From the NCBI GenBank assembly GCA_963843515.1, contig CAWJKH010000005.1:60874-124873 (forward strand): DNA of 64,000 bases, in the 5' to 3' direction. This DNA is from an uncultured Actinomycetota bacterium. Lineage in GTDB: Bacteria > Actinomycetota > Thermoleophilia > RBG-16-64-13. A program made the translations under genes and the position numbers. This document shows, piece by piece, positions 30,494 to 38,457 of this stretch. The notes below the pieces were generated by a model. That model was not told the origin of the DNA. It ran no database searches and was given only the letters and a program-made list of their open reading frames with translations. Each line of letters starts with the position of its first letter. The stretch's first letter is position 1.

Positions 30494-32392
30494 ATGTCGC
30501 TGACATATCAATCGATCAAACGGGTGTTCCTGGGGCGGCCCATCCCGTCGCACGAGGAGCACCAGCAGCGCCTGTCCAAGAAGGTCGCGCTGTCGGTCTT
30601 TTCGTCGGACGCCATCTCGTCCACTGCCTACGCCACCGAGGAGATCCTTCTCATCTTGGTCATCGGTGGGGCGGCCATGCTCCACTTCTCCGTGTACATC
30701 AGTCTGGCGGTGGCCGGCCTGTTGGCCATCGTTGCGCTGTCCTACCAGCAGACCATTCACGCCTACCCCAGCGGCGGCGGCTCCTACATCGTGAGCAGCG
30801 ACAATCTTGGCCGTTCGTCGGGACTGGTCGCCGCCTCGGCCCTCATGATCGACTACATCATGACCGTGGCGGTGAGCGTCGCCTCCGGCGTGGCTGCTGT
30901 GACCTCCGCCTTCCCCGCGCTCTATTCCTATCGGGTGGTCATCTCCGTGGTGGTCATTGCTTTCGTGACCCTCGCCAACCTGCGCGGCGTGCGCGAGTCG
31001 GGGAAGCTGTTCGCTTTTCCCACGTACCTCTTCATCGTGATGGCCGCCGGTCTGGTGGTGGTGGGGCTCGTGCGTTGGCTCACCGGCAGCCTTCACGCGG
31101 CTCCTCCGCCCGACATTCAGGGACAGTCAGTGCAGGGGCTCGCCTTCGTCTACTTGTTGCTGCACTCCTTCGCCGGCGGCTGCTCGGCCATGACCGGCAC
31201 CGAGGCCATCTCCAACGGGGTCCCAGCCTTCAAGCGGCCCGAAGCCCGTAACGCGGCTATGACTCTGGGGGTGATGGCCGTCATCCTGGGCACCCTGCTG
31301 GTAGGGGTGACCGTGCTGGCTCAGACCCTGCATGTCGTCGCGAGGCCCGAAGACACCGTCCTCAGCCAGATCGGACGGGCCGTCTATGGAAACGGCGGTT
31401 TCCTCTACTACCTGCTGCAGGTGGCGACCATGGCCATCCTGTTCCTGGCGGCCAACACCAGCTTTGCCGACTTTCCCCGGCTGTCGTCCATCCTCGCCCG
31501 GGACGGGCTAATGCCCCGCCAGTTCATGAACCGGGGCGACAAGCTCGCCTTCTCCAACGGGATCATAGGCCTGGCGGTTATCGCCATGATCGTGGTGGTC
31601 ATCTTCAGCGCGTCTGTGACCCGGATGATTCCGCTATACGCCGTCGGAGTCTTCGTGAGCTTCACACTCTCGCAGGCTGGCATGGTGATCCACTGGAAAC
31701 GAATCAGGGGGGACGGCTGGAAACGGCGGGCCTACATGAACGGGGTGGGAGCCGTAGCTACCGCAGTGGTGGCGGTCATGCAACTCACGACGAAGTTCAC
31801 CGAGGGGGCATGGATAGTGGTCGTGGCCGGCGCCGTGCTCGTTGCTGCTTTCCACTGGGTGTCGCTGCATTACCGGAGGATAGGCCGCTATCTCGAGCCC
31901 CAGAGCGGCGAAGGCCTGGCTAGGTTGAGCCGCATCGTCCGGACCCGGCCCCTTAGGACCGTCGTCCTGTTCGTCTCCCAGATCAACGAGATCACCGCCC
32001 GCTCGCTTTCGCTGGGACTCTCGATGTCGGCCGACGACTTGCATGCCGCCACCGTGGCCAGCGACCCGGAGGCCCTTGCCCGGCTGCAGCGGACCTGGGA
32101 CGAACTCAACCCCGGGGTTCCCTTGCACGTCATCGATTCGCCGTACCGGGAGTTCATCGGCCCCGCGGTCAGCTACATCCGCTCACTCCGGCCGAGCCGA
32201 CGGCACAGCGTGACGGTACTCATCCCCGAGTTCGTGGTCGAGCATTGGTATGAGAACTTCCTTCACAACCAGAACGCGCTCCGCCTGAAGACCGCTCTCC
32301 TGGGTGTGCCGTGGGTGATTGTCATCAGTATCCCCTTCCATGTGGGAGCCCCGGACGGCGAAGAGGATTCACCGCTGCCCAACGTCGATTGA
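30494..32392 (+). CDS. APC-superfamily permease, KimA/YdaO-like K+ transporter (copy 1)
   Basis: DAISSTAYATEEIL, AYPSGGGSY, DYIMTVAVS, NLRG, TGTEAISNG, IPLYAVGVF, SPYRE, LHNQ cytoplasmic domain. Confidence 0.88.
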   Translation: MSLTYQSIKRVFLGRPIPSHEEHQQRLSKKVALSVFSSDAISSTAYATEEILLILVIGGAAMLHFSVYISLAVAGLLAIVALSYQQTIHAYPSGGGSYIVSSDNLGRSSGLVAASALMIDYIMTVAVSVASGVAAVTSAFPALYSYRVVISVVVIAFVTLANLRGVRESGKLFAFPTYLFIVMAAGLVVVGLVRWLTGSLHAAPPPDIQGQSVQGLAFVYLLLHSFAGGCSAMTGTEAISNGVPAFKRPEARNAAMTLGVMAVILGTLLVGVTVLAQTLHVVARPEDTVLSQIGRAVYGNGGFLYYLLQVATMAILFLAANTSFADFPRLSSILARDGLMPRQFMNRGDKLAFSNGIIGLAVIAMIVVVIFSASVTRMIPLYAVGVFVSFTLSQAGMVIHWKRIRGDGWKRRAYMNGVGAVATAVVAVMQLTTKFTEGAWIVVVAGAVLVAAFHWVSLHYRRIGRYLEPQSGEGLARLSRIVRTRPLRTVVLFVSQINEITARSLSLGLSMSADDLHAATVASDPEALARLQRTWDELNPGVPLHVIDSPYREFIGPAVSYIRSLRPSRRHSVTVLIPEFVVEHWYENFLHNQNALRLKTALLGVPWVIVISIPFHVGAPDGEEDSPLPNVD

Positions 32393-32474
32393 TAGAATTC
32401 AGCAGCCCCGCGGAGGGGGCCCGACCCCGCCCGGTGAAGCGGTCTCGGTAACGTCCTTTGCATCGGAGAGGTGA

Positions 32475-34454
32475 GTGAGCGGCGGCTCGACTGTAAAGCG
32501 CATTCTTCTCGGGCGCCCTATCGCCACGGCTCAGGAGATGCAGGAGCGGCTCTCCAAGAAGTTCGCGCTCCCGGTATTCGCGTCCGACGCCATCTCCTCG
32601 ACCGCGTACGCCACGGAGGAGATCCTGCTCGCGCTCGTCCTGGCGGGGACGGCAGCGGTGGCCTACTCCTTCTCCATCGCGGTCGCGGTGGTGGTGCTCC
32701 TGGTCTTCGTGGCCCTCTCCTATCAGCAGACCATTCACGCCTACCCCAACGGCGGGGGCTCGTATGTCGTCAGCCGGGAGAACCTGGGGCTCTTCCCCGG
32801 GCTGATCGCAGCCGCGTCCCTGATGGTGGACTACGTCATGACCGTGGCGGTGAGTGTCGCGTCGGGCGTGGCCGCCATCATCACTGCTTTCCCCGAGCTC
32901 CTGCCGTACCGCATCGAGATATGCATCGGCGTGATCATCCTGATCGCAGTGGCGAATTTGCGGGGGATGACGGAGTCGGCGCGGTTCTTCGCCGTGCCGA
33001 CATATGCTTTTGTTGTCCTCTGCGGAGGCCTGGTGGTCGTGGGCTTCGTCCGCTGGATCACGGGCGGCTTGGAGCCGGTGCCCATGACCGGAACCGCCAC
33101 CGGCCTTCAGGGCGCGGCCATGCTGTGGATCATGCTCCGGGCCTTCTCGGGCGGGTGTTCGGCTATGACCGGTACCGAGGCCATCTCCAACGCGGTGCCG
33201 GCCTTCAAGCCGCCGGAGAGCCGCAACGCCAGCCTCACCCTGGGCATCATGGCGGCCATCCTCGGGTTCTTGATGCTTGGGGTCACCGGCCTCACCCAGA
33301 TCCTCCACATCCTGCCCGAGACCGACAGCACCGTCCTGGGCACCCTGGGTCATGAGGTCTTTGGAGGCGGGTTCTTCTACTACGCCCTGCAGATCGCTAC
33401 GATGGCAATCCTTGTCCTGGCCGCCAACACGAGCTTCGCCGGCTTCCCCAGGCTCTCGTTCGTGCTCGCCCGCGACGGCCTGATGCCGCGGCAGTTCATG
33501 AACCGGGGCGACAAGCTGGTGTTTTCCAACGGCATCATCGGTCTCATGATCGCCGCCATCGTGGTGCTGGTCGCCTTCGGCGGGCAGACTCACCGGCTCA
33601 TCCCGCTCTACGCGGTGGGCGTGTTCACGAGCTTCACCCTGTCGCAGTCGGGCATGGTGCGGCACTGGTTCCGCCTGCGCACGGCCGGCTGGCAGCGCCG
33701 GGCGATCATGAACGGCGTGGGCGCAGTCATGACCGGCGTAGTCACCTTCGTGGTGCTCGGCACCAAGTTCACGCACGGCGCCTATCTGGTCGTCATAGTC
33801 GTGGGCCTGCTCATAGCGGTCTTCTACACCGTTCGCCGCCACTACACCCGCATCGCGTACTTTCTCGAGCCCCAGAACCCGGATCAGTTGGAGGAACTGG
33901 GGCGAGTGGCGATCTCGAAGCCGCGGACCACGGTGGTGCTCTTCGTGTCCAAGGTGAACGAGCTGACCGCGCGCTCGCTGGCTTTGGGACGAGGGCTCTC
34001 GCCGGACGATTTCCATGCGACTACCATCGCCAGCGACCCGGAGCAGGTCCTCGATCTGCAGCGGACGTGGCAGGAGATGGAGATCAACGTGCCCCTCGTG
34101 GTGGTGGACTCCCCCTATCGCGAGTTCATCCGTCCGGCCGTGGACTACATCAAATCCCTGCATCCCGGACCCGACCACACAGTCACCGTGATCATTCCCG
34201 AGTTCGTGGTGGAACACTGGTGGGAGAATTTCCTCCACAACCAGAACGCTCTCAGACTGAAGGGCGCCCTGCTCGGAGTCCCCTGGGTGGTGGTGATCAG
34301 CATCCCGTTCCACATCGGGGCACCGCCGGCTAACTCGCCCGCCGGCTCGGAGGCTCCGCCGGCTGCTGGTGAGGCCCCGCCGGCGAGCGTAGGGGCCCCG
34401 CCCGCGAGCGTAGAGACCCCGCCCGCCACTGCGGAGGCGCCCAAAGAGGGGTAG
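32475..34454 (+). CDS. APC-superfamily permease, KimA/YdaO-like K+ transporter (copy 2)
   Basis: Same motifs as copy 1, a clear tandem paralog, plus a Pro/Ala repeat tail. Confidence 0.88.
   Translation: MSGGSTVKRILLGRPIATAQEMQERLSKKFALPVFASDAISSTAYATEEILLALVLAGTAAVAYSFSIAVAVVVLLVFVALSYQQTIHAYPNGGGSYVVSRENLGLFPGLIAAASLMVDYVMTVAVSVASGVAAIITAFPELLPYRIEICIGVIILIAVANLRGMTESARFFAVPTYAFVVLCGGLVVVGFVRWITGGLEPVPMTGTATGLQGAAMLWIMLRAFSGGCSAMTGTEAISNAVPAFKPPESRNASLTLGIMAAILGFLMLGVTGLTQILHILPETDSTVLGTLGHEVFGGGFFYYALQIATMAILVLAANTSFAGFPRLSFVLARDGLMPRQFMNRGDKLVFSNGIIGLMIAAIVVLVAFGGQTHRLIPLYAVGVFTSFTLSQSGMVRHWFRLRTAGWQRRAIMNGVGAVMTGVVTFVVLGTKFTHGAYLVVIVVGLLIAVFYTVRRHYTRIAYFLEPQNPDQLEELGRVAISKPRTTVVLFVSKVNELTARSLALGRGLSPDDFHATTIASDPEQVLDLQRTWQEMEINVPLVVVDSPYREFIRPAVDYIKSLHPGPDHTVTVIIPEFVVEHWWENFLHNQNALRLKGALLGVPWVVVISIPFHIGAPPANSPAGSEAPPAAGEAPPASVGAPPASVETPPATAEAPKEG
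34350..34442 (+). repeat. Imperfect 21-bp coding tandem repeat (about 4.5 units, EAPPAxx)
   Basis: GAGGCTCCGCCGGCTGCTGGT / GAGGCCCCGCCGGCGAGCGTA / GGGGCCCCGCCCGCGAGCGTA / GAGACCCCGCCCGCCACTGCG / GAGGCGCCC. Confidence 0.75.
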
Positions 34455-34522
34455 TATCCTTTCTTTCGCCGGCGCTAGTATGAGGTCGAGGTGGCTGTGA
34501 TCCGCAAGGAACGGGTGAGATC

Positions 34523-36070
34523 TTGACCGACGTGGTCATCGACGGGGATTCCCTCACACTCGAAGACGTGGCGCGCGTTGCTCGGGGCCAGGCCAAAGTG
34601 GCGCTGGCTCCGGCCGCCGTCCCCAAAGTGGAGCGGGCCCGAGCCTATGTAGAGCGCCTCCTGGCCGAGCGGGCCGTGGTCTATGGTGTCACTACCGGCT
34701 TCGGCAAGTTCTCCGACGTGCCCGTCGCCCGGGAGGACGCCCTTGCCCTGCAACGCAACCTCGTGCTCAGCCACTGCTGCGGCGTCGGCGAGCCGCTCGG
34801 CCTCGCCGAAACCCAGGCCATGATGCTCCTTCGTGCCAACGTGTTGGCTAAGGGGTACTCCGGGGCCCGACTTGTCGTCCTTCAGACGCTTCTGCAGACG
34901 TTGAACGCCGGGGTGATTCCCGTAGTCCCCAGCAAAGGCTCCGTCGGCGCCTGCGGGGACCTGGCGCCGCTCGCGCATCTCACGGCGGTGCTCATCGGTG
35001 AGGGGGAAGCCTTCTACAAGGGCAGGCGGATGCCCGGGGGAGAGGCGCTGCAGGCGGCCGGCATCGCGCCCGTGGTTCTGGAGGCGAAGGAAGGCCTGGC
35101 GCTCATCAACGGCACCCAGATGATGACGGCCGTCGGCGCCCTTACGCTCTGGGAGGCGGAGAACGTCAGCAAGGCCGCCGACATAGGCGCAGCGCAGGCC
35201 GTGGAGGCGCTGCGCGGCACCAACACGCCCTATCTGGGCATCAGCCACCGGGTGCGGCCTCACGCCGGCCAGGCGGCGACGGCCCGCAACCTGCTGCGCC
35301 TGCTCGAGCACAGCGAGATCCTGGCGTCGCACCTGGCCTGTGGCAAGGTCCAGGATGCCTACTCTCTGCGCTGCGTCCCCCAGGTGCACGGGGCGGCCAA
35401 GGACGCGCTCGCCTTTGTGCGGAATGTGCTCGAAGTGGAGATCAACGCCGCCACCGACAACCCCCTGGTGTTCCCGGAAGAGGAGATGGTGATCTCCGGA
35501 GGGAACTTCCACGGGCAGCCCATCTCGCAGGCCATGGACATTCTTACCATCGCCCTGGCGGAGTTGGCGAATGTCTCCGAAAGACGGGTCGAGTGCATGA
35601 TGGATCCCAGCACTTCGGACCACCTGCCGCCCTTTCTCACTCGGTACCCGGGGTTGAACTCCGGTCTCATGATGGCGCAGGTGACCGCGGCCGCGCTCGT
35701 TTCGGAGAACAAGACTCTGGCCCATCCGGCCTGCGTGGACAGCATCCCCACATCGGCCAACAAGGAAGACTTCGTCAGCATGGGGGCCTTCGCTGCCTTG
35801 AAGGCCAGGGAAGTCTCGAGGAACGCCCGGGCTGTGGTGGCCATCGAGTTGCTGTGCGGGGCTCAGGGGTTGGAGTTCCGCGAGCTGCTCCGCCCCGGCC
35901 GAGGGGTGGCGGTCGCTCACGACTTCATCAGGCAGGTGGTGCCAGCCTTGGAGCACGATCGGCCGCAAACGCCGGATATAGAGGCCGTAAGCGAGATGGT
36001 GCGTGATGGTTCGTTGGTCTCGCGGGTGGAGGAGGCCGTGGGACCGCTTGAGCCAACCTACGTGAGTTAG
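34523..36070 (+). CDS. hutH: Histidine ammonia-lyase
   Basis: VYGVTTGFG, LQRNLVLSH, GSVGACGDLAPL, KEGLALING, QDAYSLRC.PQVHG, GGNFHG, PTSANKEDFVSMG. Confidence 0.95.
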   Translation: MTDVVIDGDSLTLEDVARVARGQAKVALAPAAVPKVERARAYVERLLAERAVVYGVTTGFGKFSDVPVAREDALALQRNLVLSHCCGVGEPLGLAETQAMMLLRANVLAKGYSGARLVVLQTLLQTLNAGVIPVVPSKGSVGACGDLAPLAHLTAVLIGEGEAFYKGRRMPGGEALQAAGIAPVVLEAKEGLALINGTQMMTAVGALTLWEAENVSKAADIGAAQAVEALRGTNTPYLGISHRVRPHAGQAATARNLLRLLEHSEILASHLACGKVQDAYSLRCVPQVHGAAKDALAFVRNVLEVEINAATDNPLVFPEEEMVISGGNFHGQPISQAMDILTIALAELANVSERRVECMMDPSTSDHLPPFLTRYPGLNSGLMMAQVTAAALVSENKTLAHPACVDSIPTSANKEDFVSMGAFAALKAREVSRNARAVVAIELLCGAQGLEFRELLRPGRGVAVAHDFIRQVVPALEHDRPQTPDIEAVSEMVRDGSLVSRVEEAVGPLEPTYVS

Positions 36071-36080
36071 GGGGTCGAAT

Positions 36081-37397
36081 ATGGAGGGGTCCACCACATC
36101 CTGGGTGGAAGCGGATCTGATCATCAAGGGCGCTTCGGAGCTGCTCACCTGCTCGGCCGACAGCCGTGACGCGTATGGAGGCCTTGCCCTCGGCAAGATC
36201 GCGAACGGCGCTGTAGCGGCGCGCGAGGGGCGCATCGTGTGGGTTGGTGGCGAAGGCGCCCTCCTGGAAGAGGTCCGCCTCGTGCGAGGCGGGGAGATGC
36301 TCGACGCCGACGGGCGGCTGGTGATGCCCGGACTGGTGGAGTGTCACAGTCATCTGGCCTGGGCCGGCGACCGGGCCGACGAGTTCCAGCTTCGGGTGGC
36401 CGGCACGACCTATTCTCAGGTGCAGGCGGCCGGAGGCGGGATCGCCAGCACGGTCTACGCCACCCGTAACGCCAGCGACGAGATGCTGCGCGCACTCGCC
36501 CGCAAGCGACTCGACCGCTTCCTGCGCTACGGGGTGACCACCGTGGAAGCCAAGAGCGGCTATGGTCTTTCGCTGGAGCAGGAGCTGAGACTGCTCGAGG
36601 TGTACCGGGATGTGTCGTACCTCCACCCGGTCGATGTGGTGCCTACCCTGCTGGCCGCGCATGTGGTGCCCGTGGAGTATGCCGACCGCCCCGACGATTA
36701 CGTGAAGCTCGTGGTGAAGAAGATGATCCCCGCGGTAGCCAAGCGCAAGTTGGCCCGCTTCTGCGACGCGTTCTGCGAGAAGGGGGCTTTCACCGTCGAG
36801 CAGTGCCGACAGGTGCTGGAAGCCGGGCTGGAGGCAGGACTCTTGCCGAAACTTCATGCCGACCAGCTCACCTACCTGGGGGGCACCGAGATGGCGGCCG
36901 AGTTGGGCGCGGTGTCGGTGGACCACCTGGACCACATCAGTGACTCGGGGATCGCCGCTCTAACGCCGGTGACAGGTGGCACGCGCGTGCCGGTGGCCGT
37001 GTTGTTGCCGGGGGCCACGTTCTTCCTGGGAGAGGGAGGCTATGCTCCCGCCCGCCGCATGCTGGATGCTGGGGTACGCGTGGCGCTCAGCACCGACTTC
37101 AATCCCGGCTCCAGCCCCACCCAGGCCCTGTGGTTCATGTCCACTATGGGCTGCTCGCAGCTGCGCATGACCGGGGACGAGGTCATCCGGGCCATCACCA
37201 TCGAGGCCGCCGCGGCGTTGGCGATGGACGACGAGGTCGGAAGCCTCGAGGTGGGCAAGAAGGCCGACATCCTTATCCTCGACCACTCCCGGTCGGCAGA
37301 GATCCCCTACCGGTACGGCATGAACCCGGTGTGGCGGGTGTTCAAGGAGGGCAAGCGCGTGGTCAAGCGGGATTCGCCGGGGAGGGATGACATATGA
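36081..37397 (+). CDS. hutI: Imidazolonepropionase
   Basis: PGLVECHSHL, GVTTVEAKSGYGL, FCEKGAF, KLHADQL, DHL, STDFNPGSSP. Confidence 0.95.
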   Translation: MEGSTTSWVEADLIIKGASELLTCSADSRDAYGGLALGKIANGAVAAREGRIVWVGGEGALLEEVRLVRGGEMLDADGRLVMPGLVECHSHLAWAGDRADEFQLRVAGTTYSQVQAAGGGIASTVYATRNASDEMLRALARKRLDRFLRYGVTTVEAKSGYGLSLEQELRLLEVYRDVSYLHPVDVVPTLLAAHVVPVEYADRPDDYVKLVVKKMIPAVAKRKLARFCDAFCEKGAFTVEQCRQVLEAGLEAGLLPKLHADQLTYLGGTEMAAELGAVSVDHLDHISDSGIAALTPVTGGTRVPVAVLLPGATFFLGEGGYAPARRMLDAGVRVALSTDFNPGSSPTQALWFMSTMGCSQLRMTGDEVIRAITIEAAAALAMDDEVGSLEVGKKADILILDHSRSAEIPYRYGMNPVWRVFKEGKRVVKRDSPGRDDI

Positions 37398-37554
37398 GGC
37401 TGCTGAGAAACGAAGCTCCGGCCGCCGGACCGCACTGGGCGGCGCCACGCGTTGTCCTCGGTCGCGTGCGTAGCGCTGCTACGCACGCTCTCTGCGTCCT
37501 AGCCTTGCGCGTGCCCAGCGCCCTCCTGCTGCGAAACGTCGTCTCTCAGCGGCC
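37398..37554. mobile_element. MITE-like non-autonomous palindromic element (157 bp)
   Basis: Terminal inverted repeats GGCTGCTGAGAAACGA / TCGTCTCTCAGCGGCC (14/16 match). Central perfect hairpin GCGTGCGTAGC-GCT-GCTACGCACGC (37464-37488). Related copy at 27319. Confidence 0.7.
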
Positions 37555-38448
37555 ATGAAGCTCATCGAGTGCGTGCCGAATGTGAGCGAGGGGCGCGACG
37601 CGGGCGCCCTCGAGCGTCTCGTGGGAGCAGTCAAGGGCGCGCCCGGGGTTGAACTGCTCGACTGGAGCGCCGACCGCGACCATAACCGCGCCGTCCTCAC
37701 CTATGTGGGCGAGCCGGAGGCCGTCTTGGCGGCCACCCAGGCCCTTTGCCGGGAGGCGTTTGCCGTCGTCGATATGCGGACCCACGAGGGCGCCCATCCC
37801 CGGATGGGCGCGGTGGACGTGATCCCCTTCGTCCCCCTCCGGGGCGTCACCTCCGAAGAGGCGATAGAGCTGGCCAGAAGACTGGGCGAGTGGATCGGTG
37901 AGCAAGGTGTACCGGTCTACTACTACCAGGACGCCGCCACCCGGCCGGAGAGGCAGTCTCTGCCGGACGTTCGCCGCGGCGAATACGAAGGGCTGGCCGC
38001 CAAGCTGGCGACGCCAGAGGGGGCGCCGGACGCCGGTCCGGCCATTCTTAACGAGCGCTCGGGGGCGTCGATCGTAGGGGTCCGTTTCCCGCTGATAGCC
38101 TTCAACGTCAACCTCGCCACCGATGACCTGGCGATCGCCCGGCACATCGCCGAGGCAGTCCGGTTCTCGAGCGGGGGCTTCCGCTACGTGCGCGCGATGG
38201 GGGTGGCCCTGGAGGGCAAGGGTCAGGTGCAGGTCTCCACCGATATCCTGCAGTACGAAAAGACGCCCATCCATCGGGTGCTGGAGACGGTGCGTTCGGA
38301 AGCGGCGCGCTACGGAGTGGCCGTGGCCGGATGCGAGCTGATCGGGCTTGCCCCCCTCGATGCTTTTGCCGAGGTCATCCGGCACTACCTGCAGATCCGC
38401 GAATTCTCCTCCAGCCAGATCATCGAGAGCCGGCTGCTCGAAGTCTGA
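37555..38448 (+). CDS. ftcD: Glutamate formiminotransferase (no cyclodeaminase domain)
   Basis: LIECVPNVSEGRD, DHNRAVLT, H.GAHPRMGAVDVIPFVP, LIAFNVNL, QVS, ELIGLAP. Confidence 0.93.
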   Translation: MKLIECVPNVSEGRDAGALERLVGAVKGAPGVELLDWSADRDHNRAVLTYVGEPEAVLAATQALCREAFAVVDMRTHEGAHPRMGAVDVIPFVPLRGVTSEEAIELARRLGEWIGEQGVPVYYYQDAATRPERQSLPDVRRGEYEGLAAKLATPEGAPDAGPAILNERSGASIVGVRFPLIAFNVNLATDDLAIARHIAEAVRFSSGGFRYVRAMGVALEGKGQVQVSTDILQYEKTPIHRVLETVRSEAARYGVAVAGCELIGLAPLDAFAEVIRHYLQIREFSSSQIIESRLLEV

Positions 38449-38457
38449 AGCGGCGGC

